DNA from: an uncultured Prevotellaceae bacterium
GTDB taxonomy: Bacteria > Bacteroidota > Bacteroidia > Bacteroidales > Bacteroidaceae
Reading direction: 5' to 3'
Length of the DNA stretch: 64,000 nucleotides
Assembly: GCA_946410305.1 (NCBI GenBank)
Contig: CAMJZV010000017.1
Span: 4,477 to 68,476 of the forward strand
In this document: one piece after another, positions 48,833 to 57,997 of the stretch
Numbering within the stretch: position 1 is the stretch's first letter
How the letters are laid out: the number at the start of each line of letters is the position of its first letter
Translations under genes and position numbers: made by a program
Notes under the pieces: generated by a model
What the model saw: only the letters and a program-made list of their open reading frames with translations
Told to the model about the DNA's origin: nothing
Databases searched by the model: none

Positions 48833-49525
48833 TTAGATGTCAATAATCACGTTGAAGTTGACGGTCATATTATCGGAATCGTTAAGGCCAAAGCCTGGCA
48901 CGTACCACGAGTTACCGATGTCGCCCTCCTTGTGGTAGAGTCGTCGCTTGTAGCGCACTGTCCATCCCAGATGGAAAGGACCTATGATTGAGGCATCGAT
49001 GCCGAATACACCTTCCAGCCAGTGTTGATTGCAACTGATGTCCTCGGCACCAAACTCTGATTTAGTATTCCAAACATGGTCTTCTAACCCCTTTGCGTGG
49101 AGAATGTCACACTTATAATTGGTAAAGGCATATCGGAAACCTGCATAGATGCGGTAGGGGTCGTGCTTCTGTTTCTTGATGTTCCAGTCCATACCGATTC
49201 TGAAATAGGGGGCTGTCGTCTTATACGTCAGATGTGTGACTTCGTCATCCTCGTGGTTGGCACGACCCAGACCCAACTCAAAGACAGGGAACCACTGGTC
49301 GTGCAGATTGATGCGCAGAGCACCCTCATATTCACCATAGTCGCCCAGCATCAGTTTGGCAGGACCTACAAGGTCAAAGGATAAGGCAAAGCCGCGGAAG
49401 AAAGATATCGAGTCTTTCTCCAGCCTGAAGATTTTCTGACCTTCGGCCTGCTGCGCAACCGTTAGCAACAATAGCAGACTAACGGTCAGCCTTGAGATAA
49501 AGGAAGAAATGCTCCACTTTGTCAT
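48833..49525 (-). CDS. DUF6048-like outer-membrane protein
   Basis: APYFRIGMD, WYVPGFG; conserved Bacteroidales gene order. Confidence 0.65.
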   Translation of the reverse strand: MTKWSISSFISRLTVSLLLLLTVAQQAEGQKIFRLEKDSISFFRGFALSFDLVGPAKLMLGDYGEYEGALRINLHDQWFPVFELGLGRANHEDDEVTHLTYKTTAPYFRIGMDWNIKKQKHDPYRIYAGFRYAFTNYKCDILHAKGLEDHVWNTKSEFGAEDISCNQHWLEGVFGIDASIIGPFHLGWTVRYKRRLYHKEGDIGNSWYVPGFGLNDSDNMTVNFNVIIDI

Positions 49526-49985
49526 AGCTTACTTCGCGGTTTTGGATAGTTATGGAATCGATGCCGTGGTGGGTTGTCTTCAACTCAGTAATCTGATGGA
49601 AGTAGGTAGCATGGCAGTCGACAGATTCGAAATGAGGATAGTCCTCCTTGTAAATGCAGATAGTGTCCAACCATTCGTCGATGCCGTCCTCCGTTTTCAG
49701 CAGTGTGAAGATAGAGTCTTCAGACAGGGTGTGGCTGATGGGTATGCTAAAGGATGTTGCCTTTGTTCCACACAGACGGTTGATGAGTATGGAGTCTCGC
49801 TTATTATCAGTATAATTGATGCGATGAGTCCAGACAGTCAGTGTGTCGACTCCCATGGTGTCAGTGGTGCCTGTGGGTGTCTTCAGCGCATAAAGCGTTT
49901 CTACCTTGTTCTGTACAGGGCAGTCAATGCTGACACAAGAAACGACAGCTGCTAGCAGGAATATGGCAACGACTATTTTTCGCAT
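49479..49985 (-). CDS. DUF6452-like lipoprotein
   Basis: Lipobox VVSC, PHFESVDC. Confidence 0.6.
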   Translation of the reverse strand: MRKIVVAIFLLAAVVSCVSIDCPVQNKVETLYALKTPTGTTDTMGVDTLTVWTHRINYTDNKRDSILINRLCGTKATSFSIPISHTLSEDSIFTLLKTEDGIDEWLDTICIYKEDYPHFESVDCHATYFHQITELKTTHHGIDSITIQNREVSYDKVEHFFLYLKADR

Positions 49986-50944
49986 CTGATGGTTGTTTCA
50001 ACCTGGTAATCATTACGTCCTGCACTGTTGCGGCTGATGAGGTCGCCCAGGAAGCCGGCGAGGAACAGCTGCGTACCAATCATCATCATGGTCAGTGCAA
50101 TATAGAAGTAGGGGGAGTCGGTAATCAGTCGCATGGGAACGCCCTGATAGAGTGCCCATGCCTTCTGTGCGCCCAAGAAGAACGCTGCAAAGAAACCTAT
50201 GATGAATACGATAGTGCCCAGGAACCCAAAGACATGCATGGGTTTCTTGCCGAATGTGCCCAAGAACCACAGCGTCATTAGGTCCAGATAGCCGTTAACA
50301 AAACGGTTCCACCCCATGAACTTCGATTTGCCATACTGACGCTTCTGGTGGTGTACGGGTTTCTCGCCAATCTTGTCGAAACCAGCATTCTTAGCCAGAT
50401 AGGGAATGAAACGGTGCATCTCACCAAACACTTCGATGTTCTTTACCACTTCACGGCGATAGGCCTTTAGACCGCAGTTGAAGTCGTGTAGGTTCTTGAT
50501 ACCACTCACCTTACGGGTCGTTGCGTTGAAGAGCTTGGTTGGGATGGTCTTCGACAGCGGGTCGCCTTGACTGCGATTCTGCTTGTAGCCGCTAACGAGA
50601 TCATATTTCTCGTCCATAATCATGCGGTACAGCTCGGGAATCTCATCGGGAGAATCCTGCAAGTCAGCATCCATTGTGATAACCACGTCGCCCTGGGCTT
50701 CCTTGAAACCGCAGTACAGAGCAGGACTCTTGCCGTAATTACGGCGGAACTTGATGCCCTTTACGTTATCTGACTTCTCAGACAGTTCGGTGATTACTTC
50801 CCACGAACGGTCGGTAGAACCATCGTTGATGAAGATAACCTCAAACGAGAACTTGTTCTCCTTCATGACGCGTTCTATCCACGCATACAGTTCAGGAAGC
50901 GATTCGTCCTCATTATATAAAGGTATTACTACTGATATATCCAT
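49973..50944 (-). CDS. GT2 glycosyltransferase (ArnC/DPM-like, C-terminal TM segments)
   Basis: SVVIPLYNE, INDGSTD, RNYGKS, MDADLQD, DFNCGLKAY. Confidence 0.92.
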   Translation of the reverse strand: MDISVVIPLYNEDESLPELYAWIERVMKENKFSFEVIFINDGSTDRSWEVITELSEKSDNVKGIKFRRNYGKSPALYCGFKEAQGDVVITMDADLQDSPDEIPELYRMIMDEKYDLVSGYKQNRSQGDPLSKTIPTKLFNATTRKVSGIKNLHDFNCGLKAYRREVVKNIEVFGEMHRFIPYLAKNAGFDKIGEKPVHHQKRQYGKSKFMGWNRFVNGYLDLMTLWFLGTFGKKPMHVFGFLGTIVFIIGFFAAFFLGAQKAWALYQGVPMRLITDSPYFYIALTMMMIGTQLFLAGFLGDLISRNSAGRNDYQVETTIRCEK

Positions 50945-50968
50945 CTTGTGAATTTACTGTTTGACTAT

Positions 50969-51511
50969 TTACAATTTACTATTAACTGCTTCTTTCTTCA
51001 TCACTGCAGCAATGGGTAGTCCCAGTACCAAACCAATGGTGATGTTGACAGACAACATGTTGACGGCATAGTCAATGGGACGCATCTCTGCCAATGCTTT
51101 GAGATTGGCTTGCATCTGGTCGGCCATACCATAAAGTTCCAACAACTGCTTGCCTTCCTTCGTGCCTAAGAACTGATGGATGGTGCCCAGTAGATAGCCG
51201 TTGTCGATGAAGGCAAAATAGATGTACATAGCAGCTGCCAGCAAGAGAGCAGCATAGAAGAATGTCATCGCCGTATAGGCATAGCCACGCATGAAACTGA
51301 TGACTCCTTCACGTGCGCCATCACGGAAATGACGCAGCCTGTTGGCGGCAAAGAAGGGCGATGCAAGTATCAACATCAGCGCCACCGTACCCAGCATGGG
51401 GGTGGCAATGCCGAGGATATAGCAAGCGAAACTGCTAATCCACAACAGTGACAGCAGAGCGCCGTCCTGACGTGCAAATGCTTTCAGCTGATAAAATTCT
51501 TCTGGTGTCAT
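50969..51511 (-). CDS. DUF4199-like membrane protein
   Basis: Four TM segments, ISFMRGY, YIYFAFID. Confidence 0.7.
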   Translation of the reverse strand: MTPEEFYQLKAFARQDGALLSLLWISSFACYILGIATPMLGTVALMLILASPFFAANRLRHFRDGAREGVISFMRGYAYTAMTFFYAALLLAAAMYIYFAFIDNGYLLGTIHQFLGTKEGKQLLELYGMADQMQANLKALAEMRPIDYAVNMLSVNITIGLVLGLPIAAVMKKEAVNSKL

Positions 51512-51614
51512 AATTCGGGTGCAAAGTTAAGCATATTTTGGGACATAAAAAAGTTTTTTGCAGAAATGTTTGGCGGATAGGGGAAAAATGCGTACCTTTG
51601 CAGCCGCAAAAAAC

Positions 51615-51708
51615 GGGCAGTCCTGTACGGCCAGCTCCCTCGGAATCCCCCAGGATGGGAACATAGCAAGGGTACTTGGTTGTAGCGGCGCGATGCAGAT
51701 AGCTGCCC
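51615..51708 (+). ncRNA. ffs: Signal recognition particle RNA (4.5S)
   Basis: gggcag...ctgccc closing stem; domain IV cCAGGatgGGAAcatAGCAag; TACCTTTG promoter upstream. Confidence 0.85.
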
Positions 51709-51712
51709 ACCC

Positions 51713-51786
51713 GCCTCTTTAGCTCAGTTGGCCAGAGCACGTGATTTGTAATCTCGGGGTCGTTGGTTCGAATCCGACAAGAGGCT
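51713..51786 (+). tRNA. tRNA-Thr(TGT)
   Basis: gcctctt acceptor stem, anticodon loop tttgtaa, GGTTCGAATCC T-loop. Confidence 0.95.
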
Positions 51787-51787
51787 C

Positions 51788-51829
51788 AAAAGAAATGAAG
51801 CGATGCAACTGCATCGCTTCATTTCTTTT
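51788..51829. terminator. Bidirectional terminator (tRNA / mutS2)
   Basis: aaaagaaatgaagcgatgca-ac-tgcatcgcttcatttctttt. Confidence 0.85.
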
Positions 51830-51833
51830 GTTA

Positions 51834-54392
51834 TTAGTCTAAATCTACCACCGTAATACCCGCACCACCAAACTGGACGTGTTCGTCTTTAGCTTTCTTG
51901 ACGTTGGGCACGGTGGCCAGATACTGGCGGATGAGCTGACGAAGTATGCCTGTTCCTGTACCGTGCAGGATGCGTACCCGACTCAATCCTATCAGGATGG
52001 CGTCGTCGATGAAGTGCATCACAGTGTCGAGTGCCTCGTCACCACGCATACCTCTTACGTCTAAATCCTGATGGAAGTTTTGACGACGGTCCTCCATCGT
52101 AGCACGTGTCATGTGACTGGTCTGAATAGCTAGATGGGCATGTTTGTCAGCAGACGTCTTCGGCTCTTCTTTCCGTTTGTCAGTTCTCTCTAGCTGTTCC
52201 AGTTTTACCTTTGATCGCAGACCTCCAAAGATGACGGTAGCCTGCTTACCCTGAATGCTCTCAATCTCACCGATGCTGTTGGTGCCCTTGATGCGCACAC
52301 TGTCGCCAGCAGCCAATGGACGGTTCTCAGGATTCAGGCTTTCGCGCGCTCTAGCTGCCAATTTCTCGCTGGCAGCTTTCTGCTCTTCGCCCTTCTTCTC
52401 CTTGCGCTGTGCCTTGCGGGCCTTGCGCTCCTCCATCTGACGTAGTTTCTTGGCAAATTCTTCCTCGCTCATCAGTCCGCGTGTATCATCATTTTGTACC
52501 TGCTCACGGAACTCCTGCAACTCTTCGCGAACCTCGCGGGTGCGCTCCTTCTCTGCCTGTGCTTCCTTGATTTCGCGGATGGCATTCTCTATCCTGCGGT
52601 TAGCCTCTGCCAACAGCTCTTCAGCTTGTTGCTTGGCACGATTCAGAATCTGTTTACGCTCGCGCTCTATCTCTTCCAGATTGGTCTCGTAACGCTGGAT
52701 ATGTCCCTCCAGCGACTTCTCGTGCTGGTGGATGGTCTGGCGCTTGCCCTCCCAGTAGCGCTTGTCGCGGACAATGTCCTGCAGGTATTTGTCGCTCTGG
52801 ATATAGTCGCTGCCCACAATCTCCGAGGCGTCGCTGATGACCTCCTCAGGAATGCCCGTCTTGCGAGCTATCTCGATGGCAAAGCTGGAGCCGGGCTGAC
52901 CTATCGACAGCTGGAACAGTGCCTGCATCTGATGACGGTCGTAAAGCATGGCACCATTCACTACACCAGGATGGTCTTCGGCAAAATGCTTCAGATTCTG
53001 ATAGTGCGTGGTGATAACGCCAAAAGCTTGCTTCTTCCAGAACTGCTTGAGCACAGCTTCAGCAATGGCTCCGCCGATGGTGGGTTCTGTGCCACCGCCA
53101 AACTCGTCAATCAGCAGCAGTGTGCTGCTGTTCGCCTGCTTCATCATGTTCTTCATGTTCAGCAGGTGACTGGAGTAGGTCGACAGATCATCGGCTATCG
53201 ATTGCTCGTCGCCGATGTCTATCATGATATTCTGGAAGAGTCCCACAGTAGAGCGGTCGCCAATGGGTATTGACAATCCACATTGCACCATGTACTGTAG
53301 CAATCCTACCGTCTTTAGACATACAGACTTACCACCCGCATTGGGGCCTGAGATGATAAGGAGTCGCTTGTTGCGTGTCAGCATGATGTCCAGTGGCACC
53401 ACCTTCTTTTCTTGTTTCTGCAGCGAGCGTTGCAGCAGCGGATGTATGGCACGAATCCAGTCTATGTGTGGCTCCGCCTTTACTTCGGGCTCAAACGCCT
53501 GCATCTGCTCGGCCATCTCCGCCTTGGCGTGAATGAGGTCTATCTCTGCTAAGAAGTGGTATGAGGTCAGCACCTCCTGCACATGCGGGCGTAACTCGTC
53601 AGAGAAAACCGTCAGGATGCGAATAATCTCGCGACGCTCCTGAGCCTCCAACTCACGAATCTTGTTGTTTGCCTCCACCACCTCGGCCGGCTCTATGAAT
53701 ACGGTCTTTCCCGTAGCCGACTCATCGTGAACGATACCCTTGATGCGTCGTTTCAGTCCTGGAGCCACGGGAATCATCAATCGACCGTCACGCAGGGTAG
53801 GGGCTACGTCCTGTGCTACCAGTCCGTCGCGCTGAGCCGAGTGCAGAATAGTATATAAGGTACGTGATATGCTGCCTGCCGTCTGTTCCATCTCATGACG
53901 GATGCCTGCCAGCGTCATTGATGCCGAGTCCTTGATTTTCCCGAACTTATCCAATATAGAGTCTATGCGGCGGATAATAGCAGGGAAGGTCAGCACATCC
54001 TCTGCCAAACGGTGCAGGGCAGGGTATGTGTATTCTGGATTCTCATCGTCACCATTGTTCTTGTTCAGGAATGTTACCACCACACCAATCGTCTCCAGCG
54101 AGCGTCGCAGGTCGAAGAGTTCGTCTTCTTCCAGATGCGTATTCTCCATACGGATACGGGTCACTGATTCACGTACGTCGAAGAAATAGTTCATCTCCGG
54201 TTTCTCCGTAGCCTGCGTCAGTCTGCGGAATTCACGAATCTGTGCCATCTGCTCGTTCACGAGTCCAGCATCGTCACTGAAGCTAAGCTCATCGACTTTT
54301 TCCTTGCCTAATGTCGAGACACAATGCTCTTTCAGCAAGTGCCGTATGGTGTCAAATCCTATCTTGGATTCATAGTTGTTCGGGTAAATCAT
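51834..54392 (-). CDS. mutS2: Endonuclease MutS2
   Basis: ISGPNAGGKS, DIGDEQSI, LIDEFGGGTEP, C-terminal Smr domain (LDVRG...ILHGTGTG). Confidence 0.95.
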   Translation of the reverse strand: MIYPNNYESKIGFDTIRHLLKEHCVSTLGKEKVDELSFSDDAGLVNEQMAQIREFRRLTQATEKPEMNYFFDVRESVTRIRMENTHLEEDELFDLRRSLETIGVVVTFLNKNNGDDENPEYTYPALHRLAEDVLTFPAIIRRIDSILDKFGKIKDSASMTLAGIRHEMEQTAGSISRTLYTILHSAQRDGLVAQDVAPTLRDGRLMIPVAPGLKRRIKGIVHDESATGKTVFIEPAEVVEANNKIRELEAQERREIIRILTVFSDELRPHVQEVLTSYHFLAEIDLIHAKAEMAEQMQAFEPEVKAEPHIDWIRAIHPLLQRSLQKQEKKVVPLDIMLTRNKRLLIISGPNAGGKSVCLKTVGLLQYMVQCGLSIPIGDRSTVGLFQNIMIDIGDEQSIADDLSTYSSHLLNMKNMMKQANSSTLLLIDEFGGGTEPTIGGAIAEAVLKQFWKKQAFGVITTHYQNLKHFAEDHPGVVNGAMLYDRHQMQALFQLSIGQPGSSFAIEIARKTGIPEEVISDASEIVGSDYIQSDKYLQDIVRDKRYWEGKRQTIHQHEKSLEGHIQRYETNLEEIERERKQILNRAKQQAEELLAEANRRIENAIREIKEAQAEKERTREVREELQEFREQVQNDDTRGLMSEEEFAKKLRQMEERKARKAQRKEKKGEEQKAASEKLAARARESLNPENRPLAAGDSVRIKGTNSIGEIESIQGKQATVIFGGLRSKVKLEQLERTDKRKEEPKTSADKHAHLAIQTSHMTRATMEDRRQNFHQDLDVRGMRGDEALDTVMHFIDDAILIGLSRVRILHGTGTGILRQLIRQYLATVPNVKKAKDEHVQFGGAGITVVDLD

Positions 54393-54502
54393 GCTGCAAA
54401 ATTACTCATTTTATACATATCTTGCAAAAAAGTTACATTAAAATTTGGTAATTTCATTTTTATGTCGTACCTTTGCAGCCGATTTCAAGAAAATCACCCT
54501 CT

Positions 54503-54587
54503 GGAGAGATGGTAGAGTGGTCGATTACAGTAGTCTTGAAAACTACCGTACCGAGAGGTACCGGGGGTTCGAATCCCTCTCTCTCCG
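54503..54587 (+). tRNA. tRNA-Ser(TGA), likely integration site
   Basis: ggagaga acceptor stem, anticodon loop cttgaaa, long variable arm, GGTTCGAATCC. Confidence 0.95.
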
Positions 54588-54797
54588 CAAAGAGCAAATT
54601 TGATGACTTTTAGGGTAGTCAATCAAAGTTCAACCCAAACAGGTCATTAAGTTGCCAAAAAAACAGAAAAGCGTTGTAAGTCTTTGATTTACAACGCTTT
54701 TATTTTGCCTTAAAAGTCCCCTTCTCTACTCTTGAATGATGGCGTGACCATCTTCTGACTACCTGACATGGGGTCAAATAGTCATCTGTTAGTCAGT

Positions 54798-54975
54798 CTT
54801 GTGTTACACGTAGTGTTACACTTTTTGTGCTACAGAAAAATGTAACACAAGACTACAAAATGACTACGATATTGACTTCGCTAAATCTTTGAGCGTTAAA
54901 TATTTATGTTTAACTTTGCAGTTTGTTTCGGGCATGCGAAAGTGGTTTGATTTTAAGCGTGTTCTGTAACACAAG
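54798..54975. promoter_or_regulatory. Putative integrase arm-type sites plus integrase promoter
   Basis: GTGTTACAC at 54801 and 54813, degenerate copy at 54827, inverted TGTAACACAAG at 54841 and 54965; TAACTTTG at 54911. Confidence 0.55.
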
Positions 54976-55019
54976 GAATCCATTGGGGCACGAATAACTG
55001 CATAAAAAGGATTTATCGT

Positions 55020-55409
55020 ATGAAGGCAAAATTGAAAATCTCGTTCTATCTGAGAGCGAACTACTTTAACAGACTAGGAGAATCCCCCATTAACATAAGG
55101 GTGTTCTTGAATGGTGAGAAAAGATATTTCGGTTCTACAGGATTCTTCGTAAACCGGAATATGTGGGACAATAATGCCGACCGTGTTATAGGTCGTACTC
55201 CCAGTGCGCGAACCATCAACATGGCTCTTAATGAGATAGAGCTTAAGATCCGTGACATAGCCAGGTCTCGTGAAGGAGATAGCGGCTTTACTATAGAAAA
55301 GCTCTATAGCCTATATGCTGGCAAGGACAAGACTATAACTAACTTCGTCGAGTTCTTTGAGGATTTGGTTTTAGCTTGGGTTGTTCCTGATTCCTTTTTG
55401 CCTGAGTAG
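55020..55409 (+). pseudogene. Truncated tyrosine integrase (Arm-DNA-binding domain only)
   Basis: ISFYLR...PINIRVFLNG...STGFFV...WD...IN pattern of Bacteroidales integrases; ends at 129 aa with no SAM-like or catalytic domain. Confidence 0.8.
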
Positions 55410-56073
55410 CCTTGTATTCGGCTCTATGTTCGGGCGCAATAATCAAGGGAACATCATCGGTTTCTTTTGCTCCCACCTTGTCGATGGCAGCATTCAAGGC
55501 AAGGTCAACACCAACAAACTTGGCTGCTCCTGACCAACTGCCACCGATACCGCCCATCGTCATATAGTCTGCGGCTGCTCCCAAGACATAACCTGTTCCT
55601 TTTTCCAAAGTGGATGGGTTATATCTCTTCTCAGCCTGTGCCGTGATATGGTTCTCCAGTGGCGATTTATTAAGTGCCTGGGGAAGATAGAAGATGGTGT
55701 TGGTTGCAGCCTTGCGCATGATATAGTCAATGGATGACTTCGGAATCTCATCCTTGATCATCTTTTCAATCATCATCTTCTCTATCTCTGGAGTGACGGC
55801 GATGTGCTGCTTTTTCAGCTCATCCTTCACCATCTGAACGTAGTCTTCAGTATGCTTGGAGTTCCACTTCCCCGTGTATCTGAGAGAGGCAAGACTGGCT
55901 GCTTGTGCCGACATTCCACCATCAGGCCCAGCTGCTCCAGCCATGATATATGGCAAGCTGCTGGTATGGATGGCCATCTCTTCAGACTGCTTTAACCGAA
56001 GGTCTCGCATTACTTTGTCCATTATTGGCAAGACTTTCGTTTTGAATAACTTATCTTTGCTCGTTTCTGTCAT
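55339..56073 (-). CDS. ICE hypothetical protein (C-terminus possibly truncated)
   Basis: 244-aa ORF whose stop lies inside the antisense integrase fragment. Confidence 0.6.
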   Translation of the reverse strand: MTETSKDKLFKTKVLPIMDKVMRDLRLKQSEEMAIHTSSLPYIMAGAAGPDGGMSAQAASLASLRYTGKWNSKHTEDYVQMVKDELKKQHIAVTPEIEKMMIEKMIKDEIPKSSIDYIMRKAATNTIFYLPQALNKSPLENHITAQAEKRYNPSTLEKGTGYVLGAAADYMTMGGIGGSWSGAAKFVGVDLALNAAIDKVGAKETDDVPLIIAPEHRAEYKATQAKRNQEQPKLKPNPQRTRRS

Positions 56074-56099
56074 TACTTTTATTTGGGTTCAGTCATTGT

Positions 56100-56360
56100 T
56101 TATATGTTCAATTGATTCATTATCTGTTCTTTTGTCTGTTCTATGGTGTGATGATAGACTTCCATTTGTTTTGGAAAGTATTCCTCTAACCATTCGTCCT
56201 TATCTACATTGTCATTGATGAACTTGATTGCCAGCATACGGTCAATCTCTATGGCAGCTTCACCTGCCTCGCTGTTGTTGAACCATGCCTTTGTCCACCA
56301 TCGGATTCCGCTTTTGTCTGGATAGACACTCACAAGTCTTGGTATATCGAAGCTCTGCAC
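56100..56360 (-). CDS. ICE hypothetical protein; probably the -1-frame C-terminal extension of the M23 gene
   Basis: Frame stays open upstream to the A10 run (KAEDRAVASSGLIDPLAELEIDVQSFDIPR); the called start is only a GTG. Confidence 0.65.
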   Translation of the reverse strand: MQSFDIPRLVSVYPDKSGIRWWTKAWFNNSEAGEAAIEIDRMLAIKFINDNVDKDEWLEEYFPKQMEVYHHTIEQTKEQIMNQLNI

Positions 56361-56404
56361 GTCAATCTCCAGCTCTGCCAGCGGATCGATGAGTCCGCTA
56401 CTGG

Positions 56405-57235
56405 CTACGGCTCTGTCTTCAGCTTTTTTTTTTCGAGTGCGGACATCGTACTGAGGAAGACATGATGCCTCAATGCCAGATAGTTGAGGAAATCGGCTAT
56501 CAGCAGGTTCTGCACTTTCTCAGCCAATGGGATGCTCCTGGCACCCATACCCAAAGGATTAGCCATGCTGGGCACGGTCTCATAGAAGTAGTTCTTCATC
56601 GCTGACATCGTGAAGATGTTGCGAAGCGCAAGTTCCGTATGCTCAGGAATGGAGTACAGGCCATTGCTCATGTCACTCATGTAGTCCGGGAAGAAGCGCA
56701 TCATCAGCTCTTCAATCTCCTTCTGGTCTTTGTCGTACATGGTATGCACGTCCATGTCGATGGTGACGAACTGAGGCACGGCACCTACCTGACCTTGCTG
56801 CTCCATCGTTTTGAGGTTGCCGTAAATCATGGTGAGAAATTCCAAAGGGTTCATTTCCTCGCCATTGTACTTGACTTCCATGTGGAGCATGTCGGCACTC
56901 ACAGCAACCACCTGACCTGCCTTTACCACCTGTCCGTAGTTGGCAAAGACATTGCTCAGATGGGAATAGGTCACTTCATAGTTGCCGTAGCGGATGACCT
57001 GATAGATACCATGAATGGCATCATTCCCCAATCCTGACACCTTACCTGTTGCAACGGCTGAAAGGAGGTAGTGCTTGACATCGAAGTCAATCCCGTGATG
57101 GAAGAATTTTTCTCCTGTCTTAGGATGCTTCTGCTTGCCGTAACCGAGCGACATCTCTACATCTTTGTTCTTCTCCTCAAACGGCATACAGTAGCCGCTG
57201 TCTGACTGGAGTATCATTTCATGTGTAAACTGCAT
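56405..57235 (-). CDS. M23-family peptidase-like protein
   Basis: HHGIDF (HxxxD), TYSHLS, LHMEV; start MQFTHEMIL. Confidence 0.75.
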   Translation of the reverse strand: MQFTHEMILQSDSGYCMPFEEKNKDVEMSLGYGKQKHPKTGEKFFHHGIDFDVKHYLLSAVATGKVSGLGNDAIHGIYQVIRYGNYEVTYSHLSNVFANYGQVVKAGQVVAVSADMLHMEVKYNGEEMNPLEFLTMIYGNLKTMEQQGQVGAVPQFVTIDMDVHTMYDKDQKEIEELMMRFFPDYMSDMSNGLYSIPEHTELALRNIFTMSAMKNYFYETVPSMANPLGMGARSIPLAEKVQNLLIADFLNYLALRHHVFLSTMSALEKKKLKTEP

Positions 57236-57263
57236 ATTGTTATCCTTGAAAATTAGTCTTTGA

Positions 57264-57968
57264 TTATCTGCCCCTGTGAATCTGTTCCCTTGGCGGTTCA
57301 TCCACCTGAATGACCTGTGCCTGTGGCTTCGGTAGCTCCCTCTGTGGAGTGTCCTGCGCTAAAGGCTTCTGCTGTCCACCTCCCAGCACCTGACTCATAT
57401 TGGCATTGTTGCCAATCATCATCATGCCAAGGACTGCTCCGGCTATCTTTCCGAGCCATCCGAAACGTCCGAAGACAAGCAAGGCTGAAAGTACCAGTCC
57501 TGCAAGGCTGAGACCTGACACGTTGCCTTTGCCGAGGTTACTGAAGAAGTTACTGAACATATCACCTCCGTTGCCAGAGAACACACCACGAAGGAAGTTT
57601 GACATGCCGCTCCACTTACTATCCACACTGGTCATGGCATTGTTCATGGTATCGACAGCACCGCCTACGGAATCTTTCAGTTCGGTTACGGTATTGGCTA
57701 CGCCATCAACCTTGTCAGTGACCGTATCAATGGTATCTGAACCCACAACAGCATCGCCAACAATACGGGCGACACTTTTGTCTGTAGTCAGCTTTTCCCA
57801 ACCGACGTATGCGGCAGCACCGCCGACAGCAGCGGTCTTGGTGGCTGTGCCGAGTCCCTTGATGGTTCTCTGAGGATGGATGACAGCACTGCCAACGGAT
57901 GAAGCCGTTGCCTTGGCTGCACGGCCACCGTACTTAAATGTTGCTTTGAGTAATGAACTCCAACTCAT
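57264..57968 (-). CDS. ICE hypothetical membrane-associated protein
   Basis: 234-aa ORF with Gly-rich hydrophobic C-terminal segments. Confidence 0.65.
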   Translation of the reverse strand: MSWSSLLKATFKYGGRAAKATASSVGSAVIHPQRTIKGLGTATKTAAVGGAAAYVGWEKLTTDKSVARIVGDAVVGSDTIDTVTDKVDGVANTVTELKDSVGGAVDTMNNAMTSVDSKWSGMSNFLRGVFSGNGGDMFSNFFSNLGKGNVSGLSLAGLVLSALLVFGRFGWLGKIAGAVLGMMMIGNNANMSQVLGGGQQKPLAQDTPQRELPKPQAQVIQVDEPPREQIHRGR

Positions 57969-57997
57969 ATTCTATGCTCTTTAAGTTCAACAATCAA

